Assembly (NCBI RefSeq): GCF_009914755.1
Contig: NC_060925.1
Reading direction: 5' to 3' (one strand)
Length of the DNA: 64,000 bases
From: the human T2T-CHM13v2.0 reference genome, Homo sapiens
Shown here: in pieces, positions 33,132 to 46,499 of the stretch
Layout: every line of letters begins with the position of its first letter
How positions within the stretch are numbered: the first letter of the stretch is position 1
Notes under the pieces: model-generated
Database searches by the model: none
Seen by the model: the letters and a program-made list of their open reading frames with translations, nothing else
What the model was told of the DNA's origin: nothing
Translations under genes and position numbers: made by a program

Positions 33132-34839
33132 AAATAAAGTTTTGGGTTTTTAAATACAAACTTCTAATAGAAAATGAGAAAAATGTATAAAAGGGAAAAA
33201 AATGTAACCCAGACATAATCTTGTTAACACATTGGCACATTTCCTTTTTTGGTAAATTATTATGGGTTTTTAAATGAATGTTGGGCAAGTTATGATTATC
33301 TGAGATTTATATAGAGTGAATTATATGCCAAATGTTCCATAAGATATTTTTATTGATTATTTAAGTAACATTGCAGAATATTGATGTAATTATTTACATT
33401 TGTGTTCTCTTGAATCTTGATCAATTTTAGTTAGTGTCATTTTTTATATCCTTTTCTATATATCTTTATTTTTTCATGTTTATAATTTTTAATGACTATT
33501 TGATAGTTCAGTGAATTGCTATGCTGGAGGTTCACTTAACTTTTCCTAAAGGAAGCTTTAATATGAGTATTAAACCCTTGGAAGAGAGAACAAAGTATGA
33601 AAGTTGTAAGTCTGATTTTCCAGAGTATCGATTAGCCAACAAGATTTATTTTAAATAAAGTTTAGTTTTGAAATAAGTCAAAATTACTGCAGAAACATAC
33701 AGTGTGGATATATAATACGTAGTTAATGTGGTGGTAAATACCAATTTCCTGTGGTATCTTTTTAAGTAAATGATAATAACAAAGCTATGCTTGTAAGGAT
33801 TAATGAGCAGTTTGCCTACTGTATTAAACTCCACGATAATTATCCTTTTAGTTTATCCATTAATTATCCTTTAAATGGCACATCAAGTGGTAAGCACTCA
33901 AGTGTTATAAAGCAAAGTTAAAAAAGTGATATGTTTGTTAGTGTTTTCCAACATAATTGGAAAAAATATCAGATTAAGCATAGCTGAATGGTTTTGTTCC
34001 CAAAGAGTAAATTTAAAAAATTAAAAGTATGCATCTCACTGTCGTCCTTAGCCAAAAAAAAAAAAAATCACTCTGCTTTCCTTGCATAAACAGCATTTGA
34101 TAGCATGTTTATCAGTTTGTTATGTCAGAGAATATAAATACAAGCACTTTTATATAAGGTTAATTCTTAGCACCTATCATCATCTGAGATATTTCCATAT
34201 TAGAGCAAATCAATGAACCATCTAATTCAGTATCTGGTCTTTGACAGTAACCAATGTTGAGTGCGTTCAAATCAGACATCAGATCTTCGTAAATGTACTT
34301 AATCAGGCAGCAGTAAAGCATTGGGTTTAAGTTATTGGCCCAGTGACTTAAAAGCCTCTACAATTTGATCCTAGCATGTGTTATTGCAAATACCAAATCT
34401 TCTCATTACATTTTTGTAGAAAAAAAATGTTTCCATGTTGTTTCACTCATATCCTTTAATAGTGAAAGCCATAGATGAAGAATAATAACGCACAGCCTAA
34501 AGGTGCATCTCTTTATTACCCTACAGATCTTGCTTTCTAGATTCATGGATTATTTCCTTGTTCTTGGAATAGTGAAATAGATGAATAAAAACTCCATCGT
34601 TGAAACCCAGGCTCCATTCCCCTTTACTTTCTCCCTTCCAGATCTTCTTTGTTCTTCCCCATCTTTTAGATCTTTCCTCATATGAACATCCCCTGTGGTG
34701 TCATTCTCTTACTTCCCCTTCCTCATTATCCACTCTCCTTTCCTACCTCACGGCCTGTGATCATTTTCCTATTATGTCATTTAAAAAAATGAACCTGATT
34801 CTCAAAGTGAGCCTGTATCATTAAGAGTTATGAAACACT

Positions 34840-35067
34840 GGCTGGTTGGCTCAGTTGGTTGTCAGATGGTGCTAATGAGATCCAGGTCAGGGGTACGTCC
34901 CCATATGGGACTATTAGTTTTTTCTTTGTTTAATGGCCTCAGACTGCACCCCTGGCTTTGACCAGCTCTCTCATTAATGTATTCAAGTGGTCAAAAAGAA
35001 GTGTGGGTAGATATGTACAAATTCAATCATGCTATTGGAAAACCCACACAAAGTTTGCTTCCAGTGG
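34840..35067 (+). mobile_element. Ancient tRNA-derived SINE (MamSINE1-like) with degenerate tRNA-Ile(AAT) head
   Basis: 34840-34912 aligns to tRNA-Ile-AAT with many substitutions. The body atggcctcagactgcacccct...gctattggaaaacccacacaaag matches the recalled MamSINE1 body. Confidence 0.7.
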
Positions 35068-37759
35068 CTATTCAATTCAACAGATGTTTAGTAAGGATCT
35101 ACTTGGTGCTGGGGGAGAAGACAATCATGAATGAGTCGCATTCCCTATCCTAAGAAAGCTTTACTATCTCCTGGCTGATAACCTATAAACGATTAATTAA
35201 AATATGAGGCAGTCTGAAGTAATGGTACTAGCAAGTATCAACACATAAAGTGCAGAGCAGTTAAATCTGATAGGGGAATCTGGGAATGTTTCGGAGAAGA
35301 GATGGCAGTGGAGCCCGCCTTTGTAAGAGGTGTAGGATTTTGCTAATTAGAACATACACATAAAATAGAAACATATTTTATCTGCTATATATATGATGTT
35401 ATTAGAAGGCAAGAAAGAAGGGTTACACATGGGAAGGAAGGGCATTCATTTAACAAATATTGGTTGAACATTTACTATGTGCCACTAACCTATGCTAGCT
35501 AGGCATGCACAGTTTAGAAATGGATACAACATGGTTTCAACTCTAGCAGTCCTTATAGTCTTCTGAGGAAGACAGACAAATAGATAGTTACAAGACTGTG
35601 GGAAGTTCCGCACTTAAGGTAAACGCATGAAGAAGACCCTGTTCCCATGCCCTGAGAGAGCTTATGCATGTGGCAGACATCACTAATTGGTTATGACACC
35701 ACTTCCCACTGATGAAGGAGCTCAAGGTGGTCATGTTTTATATCTTCCTCCAGCTATAGCTAGTTCATCCAGAATTAGCTGTATAACACACTTAACTCAC
35801 AGGCACAAACAAATAAGGATTCTGACTCTCTGTCTCTGGGAAATGTGAACTAGGAGATACCAAGAAAACAACAGTGCAAGTGTTGAACAGAAAGGATATT
35901 GGAGGAGTTGTGAGGAAGCAGAGCTGTGAGTAGAGAAAAGATGTGTAGCATAGGAGGAGAGAATAAGGCAGTTAGAATTGTTAGTGAGTAAGGCCCATGG
36001 AGAAGAGCAAAAACATGTGAGAAAGAGACCAGGCAGCCCGTGAGAGATACAGAGAAAGGATCGATTTCTAAATAAATCCCTAGGTTTCTCCCAGTGTTCC
36101 TATCCTCATTCCCATTCATACAAATTATCTCATAGCAAAAGCCCTTTTCTCAAGGACTCGGTGAAACTCTGGTCCTTCCACCCAGAAGGGCTCACCTAAA
36201 GCACCAGATTAGGACCCACTGGAAAGGACTCATCAACTTGGGTGGGTTTGGATTACCCAAAGGCACTTACAAGACAGGTATTCTTCACTTTGCAACAAAC
36301 TTGTTATACATAAGGTACATGATGAATCATTTTCTATTATGATTTTAATGTCACATATTTTTCTCCATTTCTTAATTCTGATTGGTCTTCATTTAACAAG
36401 AGGCATGCATGAGAATTGTTAGATGCTTGCCTTCTATTACCACCACACTGCTGGCATAGCACCTGTCATGCTGCCTACCCCCAGGTTCCTACCCACTTCT
36501 AGGATGTGAGTTTGTGATGGGCAGGGTTCACATCCTTTCTGTTCTATCTCTCTAAGAGCAGGCTAGACCCAGAGTAGCAATTCAGTTAACTATTTGCTGA
36601 ATGAAGTATGTGAATTCCAAGATACTCTCAGAGTACTTTTTTTTTTTTTTTTAATACAGGTACTATAATTTGCTGGAGTGGCCATGACTTGTTTTACAAA
36701 CACATATACCCTTCTTCTTTGATAACGACTCCCCTCAAAAAAAAAAAGACTTTCATGCTAAGTGTATCTCTAACCATCAGTGGAGACTAACCAGCCTCAT
36801 ACCGGGATAAGGAACTTTCTTTCTGGCAAATGCTGCAGGACAAATGCTGGATAGCCAGCTAGCCACCTTTCCAGCTTCCTAAAGTAGTCTGGTGCCAGGC
36901 CTGCCTCAGGGGGCTAGTTCAGTGCCCGGAAAGGAAGCCTGGAAAAACTTGGAGTCTGGGTTCTAGAGAACCACAGCGCCAAGTCCACTCACTCCAGCAC
37001 AAGCCTTGGAAATAATCTGTCTGTCATTAGGACCACAAACTTTTGTGAGCACCTTTTGTCGGCTAGACTAAGGCAGATATCTGGGCCTGGATATTCACTC
37101 TCTCTCTCTTTCTTTCTCTCTGTCTCTTTCAGTCCTGTTCTGCTCTTTGCTTGGTCCTTATATCTGACAAGTTTGTTTTTTCTACTTACTTTGGTCCATC
37201 TGTCTCTCATGTTAGGACATTTTATTAAATGTCAGGTGACCCCTTTTTATTTGGGGTGTGTTTTTTCTTTTTTTGAACTTTGCTTTTTGCACAGAAGAAC
37301 AAACATATATGTACAGCTCAGTGAATTTATCACAAAGTAAACACCTATTTCACCTAGCCAGATCCTACTCATGCTCCAGGTCTCAGATTAAACTTCATTT
37401 CCTCTTGAAGCCAGGCACTGCCCTCCTGGGTTGGGTTGCTTTGCCATGGCTGTGTTCTCCACAGCGCTGGTTCCTCTCCTTTCTCCTGGTGCACAGGATC
37501 CTTACAACCCCTGTTCACAGTCTGTCTGTCCTACTAGACTAGGCTGCCCAAGGGCCCAAGGGCTGAGCCTGCCTTAGTCACTGTTTATTGCTCAGCCCAA
37601 GCACAGAGCCTGGCACATAGTGCTGAATAAATGTTTGAATGAGTGGCTAAGGTAGGGAGAGAAAGGTTAAAGGTAAAAAAGGAAGTGAGAGAGAGAAATT
37701 TGTCTCCTATTTTCAAGGAATTTTCTACTAGGAGAGACAAACTTAAAATATAGATCATT

Positions 37760-38056
37760 GGCTGGGTGCAGTGGCTCATGCCTGTAATCTCAGCACTTTG
37801 GGAGGCCAAGGTGGGAGGATTGCTTGAGGCCAGGAGTTCAAGACCAGTCTGGGCAACATAGCAAGACCCCATCTCTAAATTTTTTTTTAATTTTAATTAG
37901 CGGAGCATGGTGGTGCATGCCTGTAATAATCCTAGCTCTTGAGAGGCTGAAGCCAGAAGATCACTTGAGCCCATGAGTTTGAGCCTGCAGTAAGCTTTGA
38001 TCACACCACTGCACTCCAGCCCAGGTGACAGAGTGAGACAGTATCTGTAAAATAAA
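37760..38056 (+). mobile_element. AluJ
   Basis: Sense Alu with J diagnostics. Confidence 0.9.
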
Positions 38057-39187
38057 AGTATATACTTCATTTATAATATATGATGATAGTGACTAAGGGA
38101 AGCTCAGGGCATGGTGGCAGCCTGAAGAGCTTTCAGTCCTTTGCACTGGGGTCTTTTTGTTTGGTTGTTTTTGCCTCGGCTTTGACATACAAAGAGGAGT
38201 GTTTTCCGTAGGGAAAGGTGTGCCTTGCTAAGGGAACATGTGCTGGTGCAGAGGCACAGAGGTGTGTGAAAGTGGTCAAGAGTGGAGTGCTCAGGGCCAG
38301 GTGTGGTCAGGATTGGGGAGGGGAATAGCTGAAGATGGGCCTGGAAAGGAGGGTAGGGGCTGGGGGGTCTCGGATCAGCATCCCAACCTACCCTGGATTC
38401 AGACCGTGTAGACAAAGTTCCAGATCTCTCCTGCTTTGATTAGGTCTGGGACCTCAAGATGGCTTGGGCCTGAGCCAGACCACCCCAGAATTGCTACAGT
38501 TCCCTTCCCTAGACCTGCTCTGCTTAATGGAAACTGTAGGCGTCTCTCCAATCTCAACCATTCTCTCGGAATGTTGAAGGGGCCATTAGTATGGTGAAAG
38601 GGAAGAAACATGAACTTTGGAGTCGAGGGGTCCAGGTCACAGTCCCAGCTCTGTCTCTTAGTAATTGTAAGACCTTGAACCTTTGCCTTTGAACCTATTT
38701 CCTTATCTGTAAAATGTGATAATAGGAGTTATGAGCATTAAATGTGAAAAGTGATTTTTGAACTGTTCTGTACACATATTAGGATCTAGACCCCATGTCT
38801 CTAAAATGCCGTAAGGAGTTAAAAGGCAGTCTAAAAACAAAACAAAAAAAAATATGAACCGTTATACTGATTTATTATTCTTGGTCTTCGTTTCCTGGTT
38901 GGTAAAGTACAGGGCCCAGTACCCGTTGCTTAGTTCAGGCCAGTTTCCTGTTATATTACCACCCGGCAGGGGTTGTGAATGAGGTCCCTGTCACAAAGCA
39001 CATGGCCTTGTTCCTTAATTGCCAGGGTGGAATTAATTTGCTCTTCCTGTTTCTCTTGTGACAGGAAGTAGATGTCCTTGAATTTCAGTTGATTAATGGA
39101 GGCCTCTGAGCAGAGTGCTCCAGCCTCTCTTGCTTTTAATCCTTACGCAATGTAAGGCTCTAATTTGATAATTTTGCTGTTTTTTAG

Positions 39188-39376
39188 ATGGATCACCTAC
39201 TGGTTGAAAATATTGAACGGGAAACGTTTCATCTCTGCTCCCGCCTCATTAATGGGCCGTACCGGCGGACGGTGAGAGCCCTGGTCTTCACATTAAAGCA
39301 CCGAGCTGAAATCCGGGCTCAGGTGAAGAGCGGCTCGCTGCCAGTCGGCACGTTTGTACAGACCCACAAAAAGTGA
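39188..39376 (+). CDS. TCEANC2: TCEANC2 last coding exon (TFIIS central-domain portion) to TGA stop
   Basis: Acceptor ttttgctgttttttAG ends at 39187. Encodes [62 protein letters not shown], in frame with the previous exon. CpG retention typical of coding sequence. Confidence 0.96.
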   Translation: MDHLLVENIERETFHLCSRLINGPYRRTVRALVFTLKHRAEIRAQVKSGSLPVGTFVQTHKK

Positions 39377-41201
39377 CCTGAGGACGGTTCCAGCCCTGGG
39401 CCAGGCAGAGAGGAAAATGGGCCTGTCTCTGCCGTTCAAAGACGCTTTTGAGTTTGGGTGATGGCTGATGCTGGCTGTGCTAGATTTTCCCATGGTGCCG
39501 TTCCTTTGCAGACAGAGGATTCGGAGAGCCCTAGGAGACAGGCCTGCAGGAATGTGCTTCATTAGCTGCAGTGCGCTGGTGCTGCCTAACAGAACGCACA
39601 CTGGCTGTCACTAGGAAGCGCCATACGGTTGCTATCACCCAACATGGTGAAAGGGTGATGGATTTCACTGTGAATATGCCAAGGACACCTCTAAACTTCC
39701 CCCATGTCAGTCAGATGAAGTTACTACTATATTTCACCACCCTGCAGGTAACTGAAACTCAATTACCGCTGCCGCTCACTCGGTTCCATCCCCCTGAGTT
39801 TAGATAGCTCTGGTGCCTCTCAGAACTCCCCTGTCTGTTCTCTTTGCTCTATCCCAGGGGTGAGCCTGCGAGAGCCAGCCAACTACCCCTTCTTCCCAGA
39901 GCTCACTTATCTGAACGTTTCAGCTCTCCCTGGAAGACCTTCTGCGTTGGTCTCCAGAGCCCCCATGCTGAGGCTACTAATGAGGAACTGGCCCGAAGCC
40001 TCCCACACCTCAGGGTTTATTTGAATACGCTGGCGCTCTCAGTTTAGGGCTCTGTAGAAGATACATAATGAAATTTCTCTTGAAATGAATTACTGCAGTA
40101 GAAAAAAGTACATACATATATATGTTAAAATGAAATATCTCTACACAGGCCTGTTTTAACAATTACGTAAATAATACTTGTTTTTTTAAAAGTAATAGTA
40201 AGCTGGGAACTTTTTTTTCTAAAACAAAAGGTGGAGTTCGTTCACTGAAAAGTGTTTTGAGTTGAGAAAGGGTACAGTTGGTGAAATTTAAAAATGATGG
40301 AACAAGGATTTGAGGAATGTAGAAGACTCAAGGAAGTGGGGATTAGATTAGGGGAGACTGGAGCACGTTTGTAATCTGAAAGGAAAGAGCTGGTAGAAGG
40401 GGAGAGATTTAAAATCCAAAAAAAAGGAAGATGAGTTGAAAAGCAAGGGGAGAAGGGACGGGACTAACATTATTGCCTACCTTCTAAATACTAGGCACTT
40501 TTCCTAAGACAGTTTATTAACCTTTACCTGGATCTTTATATAGTTTTGTAAAAATATTGCTTACTTCTCTCACCCATTGTATTAAGTAGGTATTGTTGTT
40601 TTCATTTTTTAGATTTATTCGTTTATTTAGCAACCATTTCCTGAGCATCCATTCTGTGGGGTAGGTGTATACTGAGCAGTAGTTACAAATGGGAGCCTGA
40701 GGCTCACTGAACAGAAACATCACCTTCAATTTCCTACTGCTAGTAACTATTGGAGCTAGAATAATAATAATCGAGCGTTTACCCTGGGCCCAGCACTGTG
40801 GTAACCATTTTACAAAAAGAAAATACCCAGTTAAACATGAGAAAAGTGAGGCTCAGAAAGGTATAGTAACTTACTCAAGGTCACGCAGATAGTGAATGAC
40901 AGATCTAAGATTCAAAATCCGGGTCTATTTGATTGTATATGGTTGCCTTGGATGATTTCATCTACTCTCATGTTTTCAAGCATCATTTACATGCTGATGA
41001 CATTCCAGTTTGTATCGTCAGCCCAGACCTGTCCCCTGACTTTCAGATGATATTTCCTAGATGCCCCATAGACATCTCAGATATAACATGTCTTCTTTCC
41101 ATTGGCAGTACCAGCAAGCCAGACACTCCAGCTAGGAACTCAAGGAGTCAGCCTAGACCCCACATCTCCCACCCTCAGCCAACCAAGTCCTGGTGGTTTG
41201 A

Positions 41202-41247
41202 TTAGGTTGGTGCAAAAGTAATTGTGGTTTTTGCCATTACTTCTAAT
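41202..41247 (+). mobile_element. Half MADE1 (Hsmar1-derived MITE; one inverted arm only)
   Basis: ttaggttggtgcaaaagtaattgtggtttttgccattacttctaat equals the Hsmar1 TIR plus MADE1 spacer; the second arm is absent. Confidence 0.9.
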
Positions 41248-42348
41248 ATATTACTTCTTTGCATTTGCTGTTCCAGTTGCAATGCTCTTTCCCCAGACAT
41301 CTGCATGTTCTTGTCCTCACTTGCTTTAGGTCTCTCTTTCCCTTATCAAAAAGGCTTTTGCTGACTATCCTAAATACAATAGCACTCCCTCCCAACTATT
41401 CTTTAATGCTGTACCTAGCTTTATTTTTCTTCAGAATATTTATTACTCTTTAACATAGTTATTTCTTTATTGTCTATCTCCCCACTCCCAGAATGTAAGC
41501 TTCATGAAAGCAGAGTCTCTGTTCTGTTCCCTGTTATATCTCCAGCATCTGGAACAGAGCCTGGGACAAGCTAGGTCTCCATAACTATTTATTGGATAGT
41601 TGAGTGACTGGTTGTGGATGTACAGTATAAGCATCTAATTCAATCAGGGAGTGCTTCCTGGAGGAGCTGATACCTGTGTTCAGTCTTAAAGGGCAGGAGT
41701 TTGGATAGGGGAATGTTAGTTAATAGAATGAAAATTTCAAAATTAAAGGGCAGGAGTAATTAATTGGGTGGTTGAGATGCATGCCTGGCAGAGCAAGCAG
41801 AGTATGGAAAAACCCAGAAGTGGAGATATCTGGAAGGTGATTGGTATGGCTGGAGTAGAGGACACTGGCAGGAGAGTAGCTGGAGATGAGGCAGGAGAGG
41901 AAGGCAAGGACCAGGATCAGGTTTGAAGGGTCTTGAGCATCAGGTGAAGGCGTTAGACTGATTTGAAGCAGGAACTGGTCACTTTTGTGTTAATAGGCTA
42001 TGTGGAAGAGAAGCTGGGGTAGGGAGACAGGAAGTAGCAAGCTTCATGTTTAAAGAACCAAAGAGTTCTGCTAACTTAGGAACCCAGAGTAAGTTGAAAA
42101 CAAATTGCTCTCTGGCTGAAAGCCTTCAGTGGTGATAGTTGGAAAGTAGAATGATTGCAGAGATGTGCTTTGGAGATTTGGAAAGCAGGCTGTGTTATTT
42201 GTGGCTGTTTTCTCCTTGATGCATGTGCAGAATTTCCATGAACGCTAATGGAGCTATTCTGAGCATTTGCTGAAGGGAAGGAAGCTTGCAGACATCCCTC
42301 CCAATCTTGCCCACACACTGAGAAGTAACTCGGAGCTACAGTCTGTTA

Positions 42349-42819
<471 letters not shown>

Positions 42820-42859
42820 TTATTGATGCTTTTCTTGTAGTGGTTAATTTGGAGGTCCT

Positions 42860-43232
<373 letters not shown>

Positions 43233-44534
43233 TCATTCAACAAACAAATATTGCCCATCTTCTGTGTGCCAAGGACTAGACTGGCACTGGGGACACAGCA
43301 ATAAAGGAGAGATAATTTCCTCTGAGTCTGGTGAGGCAGATAGACACATAACTAAATAAATAGAGTATAGCATATTGGGTGATAACTATAGACATGAAAA
43401 TATTGAGAAGATGGGGAAAGGAATGAATAACACCACTCAGAGGAAGAATCTTCACAGAGGAGTTCATGTTTGAACCAAAGCCAGAAGGATAGGTAGGAGT
43501 TCTTAGCAGAGGGCTCAGTCTATGTGAAAGCACAGAAGCGTGAGGTGTATGGCTAGTTTCAGTAAAGGCAAATAATATGAGGTGGCTGAAGCATAAGGTT
43601 CTTAGGAATGGTAGTGAGAAATTGGGCAAAAAAAGTAACCAAGGCCTTGGAGGCCTTATCAACGAGTTTGGACTTTGGCCTTCAGATAATGGGATACCAT
43701 GGGAAGTTTTTGAGGAGGTGAGGGACCTAATCAGATGTGTGTTTTAAAAAGATTTAAAAAACAAAAACAAAAACAGATATTTTAAGAAAATTTTAAACAT
43801 TCAAAAGAAACCCAACAATTTAAGGCAAAGGAAAGAAACACTTGAGATTCAGTCAATTAGAGGTTTTTTTTTTTTGACAAATGAAGTTTAAAGTTGCCCA
43901 AACAGATATCATTAGAGAATCCCAGGTTTGAAAAATGGCAGGAGACCCAGATAATGCATTTACTGTGTTCTGTGGTGAAGGAACAGGTAGCTGGCCTTTT
44001 TCATTTATAGAATATCAGGTTCTTAAACTTGTGCCTGTCAACCTTGGTTTTCTTTTGCTGTAGCCTCAGGCCTCAGAACCTTACTCTGAGATTGGTAATG
44101 TGTTTTGAATGTGTTTATCACAGCCAGATGGGGCAAAGGCTCAGTTTGTTACTGCCCATTATTGCAAGGGAAGGGAGTCCATCCAGAAAACAAAGCTTTG
44201 GGAGTTTCAGTTAGTTGGGTGACACTACCCTGGTATCAAAGGAAAGATGGTTTGATTGGATGACATTGTATTTTCTTTAAATCAATCAAAATGATACAAT
44301 TACTGTCAGGGATGGACTTACTCATAACCTGGGGAGGTTGGTTTCAAGATCCAAGAAGATCAAGACATCCAATCAAATGCTGGTTTTTAATGTTGATAAA
44401 ATCATTCTTTCAATACATATTTGTTGAGTTCTTACGTGTCAGGTATTAGGGTCACAGGGATAGAGAAGACATAATCTTTGGCCTCAAGAAGCTTACAGTC
44501 TAGTGAAGACTGTAAACAGACAATAAACAGACAA

Positions 44535-44838
44535 TTTTTACTATTTATTTTTATTTTGGGAGGGGGTCAGGGTCTCACTCTGTCGCCCAGGGTGCAGTAC
44601 AGTGGTGCAATTACAGCTCACTGCAGCTTTGACCTCCCAGGTTCAAGCAAGCCTCCTACCTCAAGCCTCCCAAGTGTCTGGGACCATAGGTATGTGCCAT
44701 CATACCTGGCTGATTTTTTATTAGCCAGATTGTCACCATGTTGATCAGGCTTGTCTTGGACTCCTGGCCTCAAGTGAGCCTCCTGCCTTGGCCTTCCAAA
44801 GTGTTGGGATTACAGGCATGAGTCACTTTGCCTTGCCC
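44535..44838 (-). mobile_element. AluJ in 3' UTR (antisense)
   Basis: Antisense Alu with J diagnostics. Confidence 0.88.
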
Positions 44839-46128
44839 AGACCATTTTTGAAAACACAAATGGGCAGGGTGCAGTGAGATTTTTAGGGGCCAATGGTCTG
44901 GGATGTGGCAGGGACATTCTCTTGAAAGTAAAAGACAATTATTGCATCTCACTCCAACCATTAAGAAGGAAGCACAATGCCTGGGAGCCCTCTTTAGGTT
45001 TTGGAGACAGCATATCCCACACCTAGGAATATGCTCCATCCATGTACCGGATGACACAGAAAGTTGTGTTTTGATTGGGGCCCAGAGCAGGAAAGGGCTC
45101 AGCAGAAGCTCCAGGCTACAACACAAGTGGCCATGCGGTGTGGGACAGATGAGCTGGCAGAGCCCAAAGTACCCGAGGTATCTGTGGTGGGAACAGATGC
45201 CTGTGAAGTTTATGACAAGACCCTACAGGAGAATCACAATGTAGACACCTGGGGTTCTGGAGCAGGGCCATGCCATCTGTAGCCAAGAATTTTATACTTC
45301 TTAAGAAACAACTCTTGATGCTACAGGGTTCTGGTAGAGACAGATCATCAGACCATGGATCATCAAGTTGACCATGTGACCAAAGCTGTTCATCATGAGC
45401 TGGATTCTGCCATATCCACCAAGTCATAAGGTCAGGCAAAGCCAGCAGCAATTCCTAAGATAGAAATAATACAACTGGGGTTGGGCATAGCAGGGCCAGA
45501 GGGCAGAAGATAGTTACGTGAGCAGGTGGCCCAGACATCTATGTCATCCACTACCTTTGCACCAGTACCTGCCTGTTCCTCATTTCACACCTTTGGCTGC
45601 CTGGGGAGCTCTTTATAATATCCAGCTGATAGAAGAGAAAAAAAGCCATGCCTTATCCTTAGATAGGTCAGCTCAGTGTGTGTGAGCAAGACAAAAAAAG
45701 ACCGTGGCTGCACTGCAGCCCCACACAGGGGCATCCTTGAAAGACAGCAGAGTGGGGAGTCCTTCTAGTGGGCATAGGTTGTGCATCATGCACCTAGCCA
45801 TCCACTGTATGTGGAAAGAGAAGGAGCCTGAGCTTAGACTATACATGGATCTCATGGGCAGTGGTGAATGGCTTGGCTGGTTGGTAAGGGGTCTGAAAGG
45901 AATAAGATTGGAAAATTGGAAACAAGGAGACCTGTGGTGGAGGCATGTAGTTGGACCTATAGGAGTGGGCACCAAGTGTGAAGATCATTGTATTCCATGT
46001 AAACACCCACCAGAGAGCACATACCATGGAGAAGCACTAAACAACAATGTACACACAGTTGACATCAACCAGTCTCTGAGGCCACCCCAGAGCTGACACA
46101 ATGGGTGTATAAACAGCAACCATGGTGG

Positions 46129-46499
46129 TGTAGTAGTCCATTTTCACACTGCTATAAAGATACTACCTGAGACTGGGTAATTTAAGAAGGAAAGAGGTTT
46201 CATTGACTCAAATTTCTACATGGCTGGGGAGGCCTCAGGAAACTTACAATCATGGCAGAAGGCAAGGGGAAGCAGGCATCTTCTTCACAAGACAGCAGGG
46301 GAGAGAGAGAGTGCAAAGGGGGAACTGCCAAACACTTTGAAACCATCGGATCTCTTGAGAAGTCACTCACTATCATGACAACAGCATGGGGGAAACCGGC
46401 TCCGTGATCCAATCACTTCCCACCATGTCCCTCCCTCAACACGTGGGGATTATAATTCGAGTTAAGATTTGTGTGGAGACACAGAGCCAAACCATATCA
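46129..46499 (-). mobile_element. Solo THE1D-type MaLR LTR
   Basis: tgtagtagtccattttcacactgctataaagatactacctgagactggg...gagccaaaccatatca; 5-bp TSD ggtgg/gatgg. Confidence 0.88.

Noticed and set aside
34840-34912. Functional tRNA-Ile(AAT) gene
   Set aside because: D, anticodon and T stems are disrupted, the B box is mutated, and it continues into a SINE body.
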